Numbered from the stretch's first letter, positions 38,745 through 47,917 are shown. The stretch is DNA of 64,000 bases from Nanobdellota archaeon (GCA_021802505.1 JAJZXE010000002.1:11770-75769), one strand, 5' to 3'. The notes: generated by a model not told the origin, from the sequence alone. Translations and numbers: made by a program.

Positions 38745-39593
38745 TTATATATTGTGCACCGCTTTGTACAATAACGCAATCGAATCTATTGTCACGTCCG
38801 GTTTGTATCCGCTGCCTTTTAATTCTTTCTCCGGATCTTTCAGATTATTTGTTACCCATATCGAAGAGATTTCATTCTCGTTTGCCATTTTTATATCAGT
38901 ATTCAGCCGGTCTCCGATTATGAGCATATCCTCCCTTTTAAATCCATATTTTTTAATCACATAATCTATAGTTGATACAAACGGCTTCCCGAAACGGTAA
39001 TCCGGTTCTTTTTTTACGGCAAGCGTTATAAGATTTACAATAGAGCCGGCATCGGGTATCTCCCTACCGTTCTTATAAGGACAGAGCGGATCATTGTGCG
39101 TAAGCAAGAATTTCTTGCCGTTGTTTATATGATTTATGATTCTTTTCAATTTCGCGTATGTAAGATCTACATCGAAGCCTATAAGTATTATTTCAGGGTC
39201 GCTTTTATCAAGAATAAAACCTTTTGAGCTGAGTTCTGCAGCGAAATCATCAGATATCAATCCGTCAAATCTGCTTATATGCTTCTTCAGCAGAAAGTCT
39301 TCAACAATATCGTTTGGCAGTAGCAGATTATCCTGCTGAATATCAGTCTTCAGAACCCTGCTTACAAATTTCAGTCTTTTTTCCTTGCTTTGCGAGTCGT
39401 TATTGCTTAATATGACAAAATTCTTTTTCAGTTCTATTAATTTTTTTAGAAGCAATGGCGAGGATTTAAAAGCCTTATCCCACAGGTATAGCGTCCCGTC
39501 ACCGTCAAGCAGGAATAATTTCTTATCTAAAAAAAGTTTTCTTATTCTATCCGTATCCTTTTTATTATACATTGATCTGTATGGTATACCCAT
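38745..39593 (-). CDS. HAD-superfamily subfamily IIA hydrolase (NagD/CUT-like phosphatase)
   Basis: Motif I 'FLLDGDGTLY', 'GKP' in 'RFGKPFVS', and motif IV 'IIGDRLNTDI' are the HAD-IIA signatures. Confidence 0.8.
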   Translation of the reverse strand: MGIPYRSMYNKKDTDRIRKLFLDKKLFLLDGDGTLYLWDKAFKSSPLLLKKLIELKKNFVILSNNDSQSKEKRLKFVSRVLKTDIQQDNLLLPNDIVEDFLLKKHISRFDGLISDDFAAELSSKGFILDKSDPEIILIGFDVDLTYAKLKRIINHINNGKKFLLTHNDPLCPYKNGREIPDAGSIVNLITLAVKKEPDYRFGKPFVSTIDYVIKKYGFKREDMLIIGDRLNTDIKMANENEISSIWVTNNLKDPEKELKGSGYKPDVTIDSIALLYKAVHNI

Positions 39594-39646
39594 AATTAAA
39601 GCACTTGTCCGTGGATTAAATATCTGATTCTTTTTATTGTGCTAGT

Positions 39647-40846
39647 TTAACCATTCCCTTTTTTAATCAGAAAGACCGGGACGGCTATTACCAGGGAAAC
39701 CGCACCGAATAAGAAAAGGATCAGCATTGAGGGCCAGACAGAACTGAGGGGTGCATTAAACACCACGACCTGGCGGAATGCCTGTACCCCGTAGGTTAAA
39801 GGCAGAGCCCTTGCTATGTCTGCTACCACACCCGGCAGTTCCTGTAGAGGATATATTACACCACTCAGAAAAAGCATAGGGAAAAAGACCAGATTAAGGA
39901 GCAACTGAGAAGTTTCCTGGTCTTTTGTCAAAGCCGTCACCAGTAATCCGAGACCGAGAAAACCAAAGATTCCGAGTATAAGGATAGCGGCCGTAAGCAA
40001 TATGTTCCCGTTAAAGCTCATATGGAACAGCAGTATAACCAAAATGACTACGACGGTAGACTGTATAAGGCTTCTTATAAGCTGCGAAAGCATTTTTCCC
40101 GTCAAAAACGACCCGGTTCTTATTGGCGAAAGCATTACCGCCGTTATGGTACCGTCTTCTTTTTCCCTGCTTAAAGCCGATCCCAGCGCGGTTAACCCTG
40201 CCATCATGCTCAACAGCATAATCAATCCCGGCCCGATAAAATCAAAGTAATTGCCCGAAAGTATCGGCAGGGAACTTACAACTATCGGTGCAATCACAAA
40301 CTGCGGATTTATTTTCGGCAGATTAACAAGTTCGGAATTGGCTTTCAGGATGGTTTTATTCACTAATTCGGCGGATAACACTTTGGATGCTAAAGAGACT
40401 TTTGCGTCTATATATGCCTGCAGGGTAGGAGATGTCGGATTTGTTATGAGACCCATGCTGGTTGGCTGATTTGAAATTGTATTGCTTGTGAAATTGGACG
40501 GAAAATAAAGGACGGAATCTATGGTTCCGCTCCGCAGTGCGGATTCGGCTGCTGACAAAGAAGTATAGTTGTTAAAGATTATAGTCGAATTGTAATGCAC
40601 CAGAGAGATAAATGAACTGCTTAAATAAATCGTCTGGCCGTTTAGAGTAAAACCGCTGTCGTTGTTCACTATGCCTATGTGTACGCCGTTAAAACTGGAG
40701 GAGGATGACGGAAACATGTACCCGAAAAGCATTATTATAAGAATGGGAAAGATAAACATCATTACGAGCCGGAATGGTGTACGGTATAGCTCTAATAAAT
40801 CTCTTTTCGCCACCGTAAACGCATCACTTATGGATTTGAATATCAT
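39647..40846 (-). CDS. ABC-2 type transporter permease
   Basis: N-terminal TM, a large extracytoplasmic loop, then 5 C-terminal TMs. Its start overlaps the ATPase stop. Confidence 0.7.
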   Translation of the reverse strand: MIFKSISDAFTVAKRDLLELYRTPFRLVMMFIFPILIIMLFGYMFPSSSSSFNGVHIGIVNNDSGFTLNGQTIYLSSSFISLVHYNSTIIFNNYTSLSAAESALRSGTIDSVLYFPSNFTSNTISNQPTSMGLITNPTSPTLQAYIDAKVSLASKVLSAELVNKTILKANSELVNLPKINPQFVIAPIVVSSLPILSGNYFDFIGPGLIMLLSMMAGLTALGSALSREKEDGTITAVMLSPIRTGSFLTGKMLSQLIRSLIQSTVVVILVILLFHMSFNGNILLTAAILILGIFGFLGLGLLVTALTKDQETSQLLLNLVFFPMLFLSGVIYPLQELPGVVADIARALPLTYGVQAFRQVVVFNAPLSSVWPSMLILFLFGAVSLVIAVPVFLIKKGNG

Positions 40847-41628
40847 CAGAATCCTCTCCTCGGAGCCAGGCTCATCCTGCCAGTTTCATCTCTCAGTTCT
40901 TTTCCGGCGTAGTGGATAAAGACCTCCTCCAAGGTGGCTTTTTTGCCGAGTTTTTTCTTAAGCGCGGCAGAAGTGTCGCACGCCATCAGGTTTCCGTGAT
41001 CTATCATAGCTACCCTGTCGGAGAGTTCGTCTGCATCCTGCATTATGTGCGTCGTAAGTATTATCGTACTGCCTTTTTTGTTTATATCCAGTATTTTTTT
41101 CTTTATAAACGAGACCGTTATCGGATCCAGACCAACGGTCGGTTCATCCAGAAAGAATATTTTGGGCTCGTTTAAAAGGACTCTCACCAGATCAAGCCTT
41201 CTTTTCATTCCCAGTGAAAACGTACCGACCGGCCTCTTCTTGAATTTGGAGAGCTGGAATTCCTCCAGACCGCTGTCTATCTTCTCTTTAAGCTGCTTTC
41301 TTTCTATGCCGTACAGCCTTCCGAAAAAGAGCAGGTTTTCTTCTGCGGTCAGCGGCGGATACATAGTCACCTTTTCCGTAATAACTCCTATAGATTTTCT
41401 CACCTCCAACTGCTGTTTTATTATATCTTTTCCCAGCACGGTGGCGTGCCCGCTCGTAGGTCTTATAAGGGTGGTAAGCATGCTTATAAGGGTGGTTTTT
41501 CCCGCCCCATTCGGACCGAGTATCCCGAATATCTCTCCCTCCTTGACTTTCAAAGAAATATCGTTGTCCGCAACGAAATCCCCGAATTTCTTCGTCAGCT
41601 TGTCCGTTATTATCGCGTATTTAACCAT
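40846..41628 (-). CDS. ABC transporter ATP-binding protein
   Basis: Walker A 'GPNGAGKTT', signature 'FSLGMKRRL', Walker B 'FFLDEPTVGLD', H-loop 'TTHIM'. Confidence 0.9.
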   Translation of the reverse strand: MVKYAIITDKLTKKFGDFVADNDISLKVKEGEIFGILGPNGAGKTTLISMLTTLIRPTSGHATVLGKDIIKQQLEVRKSIGVITEKVTMYPPLTAEENLLFFGRLYGIERKQLKEKIDSGLEEFQLSKFKKRPVGTFSLGMKRRLDLVRVLLNEPKIFFLDEPTVGLDPITVSFIKKKILDINKKGSTIILTTHIMQDADELSDRVAMIDHGNLMACDTSAALKKKLGKKATLEEVFIHYAGKELRDETGRMSLAPRRGF

Positions 41629-41688
41629 ACAAATAAAAACTCCTGCTTATAAAATCTACTGAACTGATAATTACTGCCAAAATTTCCA

Positions 41689-42219
41689 TTATTTAATGAT
41701 TTTATGCAGCCTGTCATCCACTTTTTTGAGTATTTTTTTGTTCTCCGGATTAAGGAGCTTTTCTTTCTCTGCTATGAATTCAGAGAGATTATCAATCGTT
41801 TCGATGCTCTCGGCTATGCTCGCATTCTCATCCTTATTCATAAATCCCGAAGCAGATCTCCAAGGGAACCAGGAACTGTCGAGATATTCCTTGCCCTTTT
41901 CTGTTATAGAATAATATTTTTTATTGTCCTTTTCATCTATTTTGACAAGCCCGTTTTCTGACAGGTATTTTAAAATAGTATATATGCTGCCGGGAGAGGG
42001 CCTCCAAAAACCGAAGCTCATCTCATATATCTTATCTATCATCTGGGCGCCGGTCATCTTCTGCTTTGAGACTAACATCAGTATCCAGTACTTTATTCCA
42101 AAGCCCCTGCTTGCACTGTGCACGGAATGCGCAAACCTGTTAAGCACGTTTGGATCAAATGAAAAGCCAAAGTTTTCCTCTTTAAAACCGTCATTCTCAG
42201 ATTTTTTCATATAATTCAT
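41689..42219 (-). CDS. PadR-family transcriptional regulator
   Basis: 'MTGAQMIDKIYEMSFGFWRPSPGSIYTILKYLSENGLVK' matches the PadR wHTH core. It heads the ABC operon. Confidence 0.6.
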   Translation of the reverse strand: MNYMKKSENDGFKEENFGFSFDPNVLNRFAHSVHSASRGFGIKYWILMLVSKQKMTGAQMIDKIYEMSFGFWRPSPGSIYTILKYLSENGLVKIDEKDNKKYYSITEKGKEYLDSSWFPWRSASGFMNKDENASIAESIETIDNLSEFIAEKEKLLNPENKKILKKVDDRLHKIIK

Positions 42220-42315
42220 ATCGTTTTACGATATCTACTTAAGATATTTATTATCATAGTATAAATACTTTTCATGGAAATAACAGATCATAAAGGATAT
42301 GACAGGCACTTACCG

Positions 42316-42360
42316 AAAGTTTAATATACAAGTGGTTACTATCATAATATATTGAGGTGA
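42316..42360 (+). promoter_or_regulatory. Putative archaeal promoter (TATA-like box) and SD-like element upstream of sod
   Basis: 'aaagtttaatatacaag' is TATA-like about 40 bp upstream of the ATG. 'gaggtga' lies 8 nt upstream of the ATG. Confidence 0.25.
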
Positions 42361-42366
42361 TATTTT

Positions 42367-42984
42367 ATGACAAACTACGATGACCAGTACGAGGTACAAA
42401 AATTAAATTATAAAGTTCTAGATGGATTTTCTGAAAAGCAGATAAGCTTCCATCATGATATACATTACGCGGGTTACGTAAAGAAAAGGAACGAAGTTAA
42501 TAGCAAGCTTAAGACAGCGGATAAAGCGACTGCCAATGCAAATTACAGCGAATTCAGGTCGCTTAAAAAAGAAGAGACGTTTAATGCGAGCGGCCAGCTT
42601 CTGCACGAATTATACTTTGAGATGTTCGGCGGTGACGGCAAGTATACAGAAGACTTGGATATTGTAAAAAAGATAAATGAGGATTTCGGAAGTTTTGACA
42701 ATTTTAAACTTGATATGATGGCTACCGCAAAGGCAGCAAGAGGATGGGCACTGCTCGCGATAGACCCTACAGACAATAAATTAAGGGTGTTTCTTGCGGA
42801 TGCGCATAATGACGGCGCGGTCTGGGGGTCCATACCACTGATAGCTTTGGATGCCTATGAACATGCTTTCTACGTTGATTACGGGCCTGACAAGGCTAAA
42901 TACCTCGAGCCTTTCTTCAAGAACCTAGATTGGAAGAAACTGAATGAAAGGTATGTAAAATTCAAGGATGTATATAAAAAGTGA
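42367..42984 (+). CDS. sod: Fe/Mn superoxide dismutase
   Basis: 'ISFHHDIHYAGYV', 'ELYFEMFGG', 'GWALL' and 'DAYEHAFYVDYG' (DxWEHAYY metal-ligand block). Confidence 0.9.
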   Translation: MTNYDDQYEVQKLNYKVLDGFSEKQISFHHDIHYAGYVKKRNEVNSKLKTADKATANANYSEFRSLKKEETFNASGQLLHELYFEMFGGDGKYTEDLDIVKKINEDFGSFDNFKLDMMATAKAARGWALLAIDPTDNKLRVFLADAHNDGAVWGSIPLIALDAYEHAFYVDYGPDKAKYLEPFFKNLDWKKLNERYVKFKDVYKK

Positions 42985-43007
42985 ATACTCCGAATTTTGC
43001 ATGAAGC

Positions 43008-43023
43008 CTGCTTTGTAAAGCAG
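43008..43023 (+). terminator. Short hairpin immediately downstream of sod
   Basis: 'ctgcttt-gt-aaagcag' forms a 6-7 bp stem 24 nt after the sod stop, followed by a moderately T-rich tract ('tctggttt'). Confidence 0.25.
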
Positions 43024-43061
43024 CAGTATATCTGGTTTACACCAAAGATACGACAATAAAA

Positions 43062-43349
43062 CTAGGAAGAATCGCTGGTTATGCTTATTCTGTAGGCAAG
43101 TCCCAGGGAATACCTTGAAGAAATCTCTTTCAATTTATTTTCTATTTGATATATATTGGATAGGGCATAAAAGTCTATTTCTGCGCTGTTTTTATACTTG
43201 CTGACAAGACTCAGATTAAAATTATTTATCTGGCCGATTTTCTTTATATCCTCCTTGATTTCATTTATCTTTTCAAAATAAAAAAGATCGGATTTTCCAA
43301 TGAAAACGGATTTGCAGTCCAAAAGACTATCCTCTAAACCCTTATACAT
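43062..43349 (-). CDS. Hypothetical protein (operon gene E)
   Basis: The track ORF starts at a TTG, and the frame is closed 7 codons upstream of it. Internal ATGs at 43391, 43364 and 43349 are possible. The start is uncertain. Confidence 0.3.
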   Translation of the reverse strand: MYKGLEDSLLDCKSVFIGKSDLFYFEKINEIKEDIKKIGQINNFNLSLVSKYKNSAEIDFYALSNIYQIENKLKEISSRYSLGLAYRISITSDSS

Positions 43350-43755
43350 CTTTTTTGCCGCCATGTCTGCCCTGTACAATCCTGTATACATATGCAATAG
43401 TATATCCGCATATCCCTATTTTAACTTCTTTATTACTCGTAAAATCGATGTCAAAATTGGAGTATTCCATTTTTCCCAGCCCTTTGTGGAATAACAGCTG
43501 CAGATATTCGCTGGTGACCCCTTTCATCTCGGCGGAATTCAACCTATAGGAATAATCAAGCACCTCCGTATAGCCATTGTCGATTATGTATGAAAGCTCT
43601 TTTATAATCCGATTATACTGTCTGCCGAACACCTTCTCTACCGGCTTTTCGTTCTTTATTTTGCAGAGCCTCTCCAATACCGATCCGTATTTTGAGTTAT
43701 ATGAATCATTTTCAACCTTTTTCTTATTTTGCATAGCAGTATTACTGAAAAACAA
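43342..43755 (-). CDS. Hypothetical protein (operon gene D)
   Basis: 137 aa. No motif recognised. Confidence 0.3.
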   Translation of the reverse strand: MFFSNTAMQNKKKVENDSYNSKYGSVLERLCKIKNEKPVEKVFGRQYNRIIKELSYIIDNGYTEVLDYSYRLNSAEMKGVTSEYLQLLFHKGLGKMEYSNFDIDFTSNKEVKIGICGYTIAYVYRIVQGRHGGKKDV

Positions 43756-43775
43756 TGTTATAAATACCTTTTTAA

Positions 43776-44504
43776 TCAGAATATAGGTCTCATGCTTTTG
43801 CCTCTGCTTCCAAAGTCTGCCTCGACAGAAGCCAGCAAGTCTGAAAACTCGGTCATTTCTATCGCTCTTCCATAAAAAGCTATGGCGGCACGGGGCGTTC
43901 CAGCCACGGAGAATAGCCCGAAATCCGCGTATATATCGGGATTGTGGCCGCTGTTTAAAGTTTTCCTGTAAAGAATGTGCCTTGCTTTTCTAGGATCCAG
44001 ATCATTGAACTTGTATCCAAATATGTATGAAAAGTTTATATTTACAGAATTGGAGTAATTCAATTCCGGCAGCCTGTCATTAAAATCCGTCTCCTCTCTT
44101 AATATCCTGTTTCTTGTATCAGCTAGCCTCTTGTAGTGTTTACCCCATACCTTACTTGCAATCTGATCTCCATCTGATAAATTAAATAAGCTGTATACCC
44201 TATCTAAATCATCGCTGCCCAGTCTTTGCAGTTCATTATATGCGTTTTCCGTTAGGTTTTTTACACCGTTATGCAGAGAACCAAAATATTTTATGTAGCT
44301 TTTAAAATACGGCCTGCTGCCATGGTTTATCAATTTTTTGTACAATTCCCTGTTATTTCTAACCGCATATACATTAAGAAGAGCCTCGCTCATGACCGGC
44401 CCGAAATCAGACAAAAGATCAGACAGAGACTTTGACCCTTCCAGATCTGTTCTTTTGCCGTATTCTCTGTGGTGATTTTGATCCAAAACAATCCGCATAA
44501 TCAC
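43776..44504 (-). CDS. Hypothetical protein (operon gene C)
   Basis: 242 aa. 4-bp ATGA overlap with the upstream gene B. Confidence 0.35.
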   Translation of the reverse strand: MIMRIVLDQNHHREYGKRTDLEGSKSLSDLLSDFGPVMSEALLNVYAVRNNRELYKKLINHGSRPYFKSYIKYFGSLHNGVKNLTENAYNELQRLGSDDLDRVYSLFNLSDGDQIASKVWGKHYKRLADTRNRILREETDFNDRLPELNYSNSVNINFSYIFGYKFNDLDPRKARHILYRKTLNSGHNPDIYADFGLFSVAGTPRAAIAFYGRAIEMTEFSDLLASVEADFGSRGKSMRPIF

Positions 44505-45433
44505 TTCGATTTAAATCCGGGGTAGACAGATCTGTATTTTTCCGTGTACTTGTTGATGAGCATACTCTGGCTGAATTCTGCGTATCTTAGATGTCTACTG
44601 ATGCTTTTAACTCTGTGTGCATCGGAAGACAGGAAAGAATGTTTTGCATCCTGCTGATTTATCGGGTGTATGATTCCTATCTTTACCTCCTTCTTGTCAT
44701 TCCGGTATATGATTATGTTGTCTAAGTTTAAATTGTTATGATAAAGATTATTTGAATTTACTTCTGAGATAACACTGATAATCTGTTTCCTTAGATCGGC
44801 AAGCTCTGCTTTCCTTTTCTCGTATACTTCCTTTCTTGAAAAATATTCCTTCAGGTGCGCTTCTTCCATTGCAAGCTTCTTTACCCCGTTTTTGGCTATA
44901 AAACTATCAAGCTCATCCTTTGGGATAAGATCCTGCAGGGAAGTTACCCTGCCCATTTTCTCCGATATCAGCCGCTCGTCCCAATCTCCGTAATGGTTAA
45001 GGTAATCCCTGAGAGTTGTCATTCTTGGAGCGTAATTCTTAAATTCCCTGCCATCAAATGAAGCTGTTACATAACCGGTTTTTCTGCCCGCATCATCTAC
45101 CAGCAGTGCGATTGGTTTTGGAAAGTTCTCGGGTTTCAAAGAGTACAGCTCGCTTATAAGTTTATACTGCCTCAAGAAATAACCGTCAAAAAATCCAGTA
45201 TTATAAAGATTGTTAAACTGGTTATACTCTGCAGCATTTACCTTCGGATATGCATCTTTAAAATGCCTCTCATTGACCGACAAACCCAAATCCTCAAAAT
45301 AACCCGCTGCTTTTACTAAATCTCTGCTCAAAGTCGGATTGCCTTCCTTGTCATGTTTGTATGGCAGGCCACTGAGCACCTTTTCGATATCAGATAATTT
45401 CTTTGCCATATCTATTGATTCGCTGTTTTTCAA
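44501..45433 (-). CDS. Hypothetical protein with degenerate kinase-like catalytic-loop motif (operon gene B)
   Basis: 310 aa. 'LYHNNLNLDNIIIY...VKIGIIHP' resembles a kinase 'HxDLxxxNIL...hhDF' layout, but with Asn and His at the two Asp positions. Confidence 0.35.
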   Translation of the reverse strand: MKNSESIDMAKKLSDIEKVLSGLPYKHDKEGNPTLSRDLVKAAGYFEDLGLSVNERHFKDAYPKVNAAEYNQFNNLYNTGFFDGYFLRQYKLISELYSLKPENFPKPIALLVDDAGRKTGYVTASFDGREFKNYAPRMTTLRDYLNHYGDWDERLISEKMGRVTSLQDLIPKDELDSFIAKNGVKKLAMEEAHLKEYFSRKEVYEKRKAELADLRKQIISVISEVNSNNLYHNNLNLDNIIIYRNDKKEVKIGIIHPINQQDAKHSFLSSDAHRVKSISRHLRYAEFSQSMLINKYTEKYRSVYPGFKSK

Positions 45434-45484
45434 TACGAGTTAAGTGTTATTCTGATATAAATAACTTACTACTTAATAATAAAT

Positions 45485-45994
45485 CTAAGCCTTATAATCA
45501 GCGAGTTTCAGGCCCGTAGCAATAACTATCTTTCTCAGAGTATTCTTATCGATATCTTTTATTTTATCATAATCCAAGTAGACTTTGTACTCATTTGAAG
45601 GAGAGTATTTAATACACGCGACGGGGGTGATTGTTATTTTGCCGTGATCCTGGTTGTCTCTCTTTTTAACCCCGAAATATTCCGCTTCGGCCGCGGACCT
45701 GCTCTTGTATACCCCCTTAAGATAGAATAGCTGGGAACTGTCCTGCATTTTATTATCCGCAGGCCTGCCCTTCCGTATTACATAATCGCTGGATTTCGGC
45801 GGAAAACGGCCCTGATCCATCTTTTTCCTCAGGGAATCGTACTTTGCCTCCTTGAAATACCCGGATAAATCACTGTAGGAAAATTCCAGCAGGTCCTGCA
45901 CACTGCTGTTTGATATGTCCAGAAGAACCGATTCCAGACCGGTTCTAACCGCAGTGACTCCATCAAGGTACTTTTTTGCATTTTTCGTGAACAT
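45485..45994 (-). CDS. Hypothetical protein (operon gene A)
   Basis: 169 aa. No motif recognised. Confidence 0.35.
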   Translation of the reverse strand: MFTKNAKKYLDGVTAVRTGLESVLLDISNSSVQDLLEFSYSDLSGYFKEAKYDSLRKKMDQGRFPPKSSDYVIRKGRPADNKMQDSSQLFYLKGVYKSRSAAEAEYFGVKKRDNQDHGKITITPVACIKYSPSNEYKVYLDYDKIKDIDKNTLRKIVIATGLKLADYKA

Positions 45995-46037
45995 GCCTTT
46001 AAAAGAAAGGTAATGATATAAAAGCTTTTTGCTAAAA

Positions 46038-46355
46038 TCACTTGAGTTTATACTTCTTTGAGATGATTCTGGTCAGAGAAGAAAAGAAAAACGCAGTCCC
46101 TATCGCATATATTAATATCGCTATTAAATCCGAGTTATTCACGATATAGACAATCTGAAATATATACCCTAATGTAAATATAAAGTTCATTGAAAGAAAC
46201 AGGATAAATACATACACTGAATTATTATTGAGCCTTATAAGCTGAACCGCACTCGTTGGATTGCGGTAAAAAGCCCGTATGAACCTCAGTACAGAGACGA
46301 TTATCACTACGCCGACAATCGCTATCACCGCCGCCTCATAAAACCCGCTGCTCAT
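46038..46355 (-). CDS. Small polytopic membrane protein (cassette 2, partner B)
   Basis: An internal ATG gives ATGA coupling with the upstream gene. 3 TM. 'NPTSA' is shared with 'NPTLF' of cassette 3 partner B. Confidence 0.4.
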   Translation of the reverse strand: MSSGFYEAAVIAIVGVVIIVSVLRFIRAFYRNPTSAVQLIRLNNNSVYVFILFLSMNFIFTLGYIFQIVYIVNNSDLIAILIYAIGTAFFFSSLTRIISKKYKLK

Positions 46356-46768
46356 ATAAACCTCATAAATACCTTGGACCATTTGAAAATAACATAACTT
46401 ACCATCAGATATGTAAAGGTCCCTATAAGATCCGCAAGCATTTTAACCGAATAATTGCTTGAAACGGAGCCGTAGGAATAAACTATAAAAACCACAACGA
46501 ACAGCACCGCAGAAAACAAAAGAATGGAAAAATTGTTTTTTGATTCCTTTGAACTTAATGCCCATTCTACCAACGGAGCCTTGTCTTTTCTGTGCTTAGA
46601 CAGTGCATAAACATCAAGTATAGCGAGCAGAGAAATAACTATACCGTTTATGACTTCAAACAGCGCCCAGTAATAGTGAAACTCATCATATAGAACCATA
46701 TAATCTTGAAATGTTCGGGATATAAAAATATTTTCTTTTGTCAGTGAATAAATGTTCATCAAATTCAT
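46352..46768 (-). CDS. Small membrane protein, 'KHR(K/R)DKAPL' family (cassette 2, partner A)
   Basis: 'LSKHRKDKAPLVEWAL' and C-terminal 'IFKWSKVFMRFI'. The real start is probably the internal Met 'MVLYDEF...'. Confidence 0.5.
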   Translation of the reverse strand: MNLMNIYSLTKENIFISRTFQDYMVLYDEFHYYWALFEVINGIVISLLAILDVYALSKHRKDKAPLVEWALSSKESKNNFSILLFSAVLFVVVFIVYSYGSVSSNYSVKMLADLIGTFTYLMVSYVIFKWSKVFMRFI

Positions 46769-46806
46769 GTAGATAATTATTTAAATAGAATTATTCAATA
46801 ATATGA

Positions 46807-47253
46807 ATGAGAAAAAACAACAAAAAAATCAGTTTATTTGAGAGCAATTTAGTGCCGGTAATAGGAAAACACGTATTCGGGAATTTATACGACGTTGACG
46901 ATTCGATATTAAAAAATCTGGACTATCTTGAAGAATCCGTAATAGAGGCCGCAAAGGCAGGGAATCTTCACATAATAGACATAATGAAAAGACAGTTTAA
47001 TACGAAGGATTCTCCGGACATCGGCGGAGTTTCAATAATAGCACTTATTGTTGAAAGCCATATTTCACTGCATACCTGGCCGGAGAGCGGATACGCGACC
47101 TTGGATATATATTCCTGCGGAAATGAAAGCAATCCTGCACTGGCATTTGATTACATAGTATCGACGCTTAAACCCAAAAGCTACAGGGTGTTCAGTGCCG
47201 ACAGAAGCAATCCATCCGAGAATAACGATTCGAAGGTTTTCAACGATTTCTAA
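46807..47253 (+). CDS. speH: S-adenosylmethionine decarboxylase proenzyme, archaeal/bacterial class 1
   Basis: 'VIGKHVFGNLYD', 'ESHISLHTWPESGYATLDIYSCG' (the self-processing Ser and downstream block). Confidence 0.85.
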   Translation: MRKNNKKISLFESNLVPVIGKHVFGNLYDVDDSILKNLDYLEESVIEAAKAGNLHIIDIMKRQFNTKDSPDIGGVSIIALIVESHISLHTWPESGYATLDIYSCGNESNPALAFDYIVSTLKPKSYRVFSADRSNPSENNDSKVFNDF

Positions 47254-47555
47254 GAAAAGCACATAAAAAGGAAAAACAGAGTAAGCGCTGTAAACATCAG
47301 CATGTTACCGTATTCCCAGAATAACGTAGAAGGATTATTCAATGATATTACAGTTGTGATCCCGTAGTTGACGGCTAGGATCAAAGTCGTTAAAAAGAAA
47401 AATATGAACGCATACTGCTTGTATTTTTTAATGTAAAAAGAAGAGAGAAAAAGCGTCGGATTTTTATGCAGTTTTTTCCTCAGTATAATCACAAAGGCAA
47501 GCATAGCCGTTCCGAGAATCAGCGAAAATAATCCGTAGAATAAGTCTATATTCAT
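47250..47555 (-). CDS. Small polytopic membrane protein (cassette 3, partner B)
   Basis: 101 aa, 3 TM. ATGA overlap with the upstream gene. Its 3' end overlaps speH convergently by 4 bp. Confidence 0.4.
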   Translation of the reverse strand: MNIDLFYGLFSLILGTAMLAFVIILRKKLHKNPTLFLSSFYIKKYKQYAFIFFFLTTLILAVNYGITTVISLNNPSTLFWEYGNMLMFTALTLFFLFMCFS

Positions 47556-47917
47556 ACAAACCTCTTAAACAGCTTAAACCAGCGGAAGGATATGTAGATG
47601 ATTACAAAAAGAGCGACTATTCCAAACAGGTAAGCGAGTAAAAAGAATATATTGTCTACTGGAGAAAGTGCAGTATTGCCGACCAATAACTTTTGCAGGA
47701 AGGTAAATAGACCCGTTAAAAAAAGCAACAGAGAGGGATAAATAAACATATTCAACTCCTTAGTTGCCGAATCTTTATTTAAAAAAAACGCGGTCAACGG
47801 CGCTTTATCCCTTCTATGTTTGAATATAGCAAAAAAAGTTATACCGGAAAAAATGGAGCTGACACCTCCTCCTATAAACAGTATGGCAAATATTACAGTA
47901 TATACCACGTTTAACAT
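47552..47917 (-). CDS. Small membrane protein, 'KHR(K/R)DKAPL' family (cassette 3, partner A)
   Basis: 'IFKHRRDKAPLTAFFLN' and C-terminal 'FRWFKLFKRFV'. Confidence 0.5.
   Translation of the reverse strand: MLNVVYTVIFAILFIGGGVSSIFSGITFFAIFKHRRDKAPLTAFFLNKDSATKELNMFIYPSLLLFLTGLFTFLQKLLVGNTALSPVDNIFFLLAYLFGIVALFVIIYISFRWFKLFKRFV

Noticed and set aside
43342-43397. Possible frameshift or pseudogene joining operon genes D and E (56-bp overlap in the ORF track)
   Set aside because: The track start for E is a TTG and E's frame is closed 7 codons upstream. Downstream ATGs (43364 or 43349) reduce the overlap to at most 8 bp. Two separate genes is the simpler reading.
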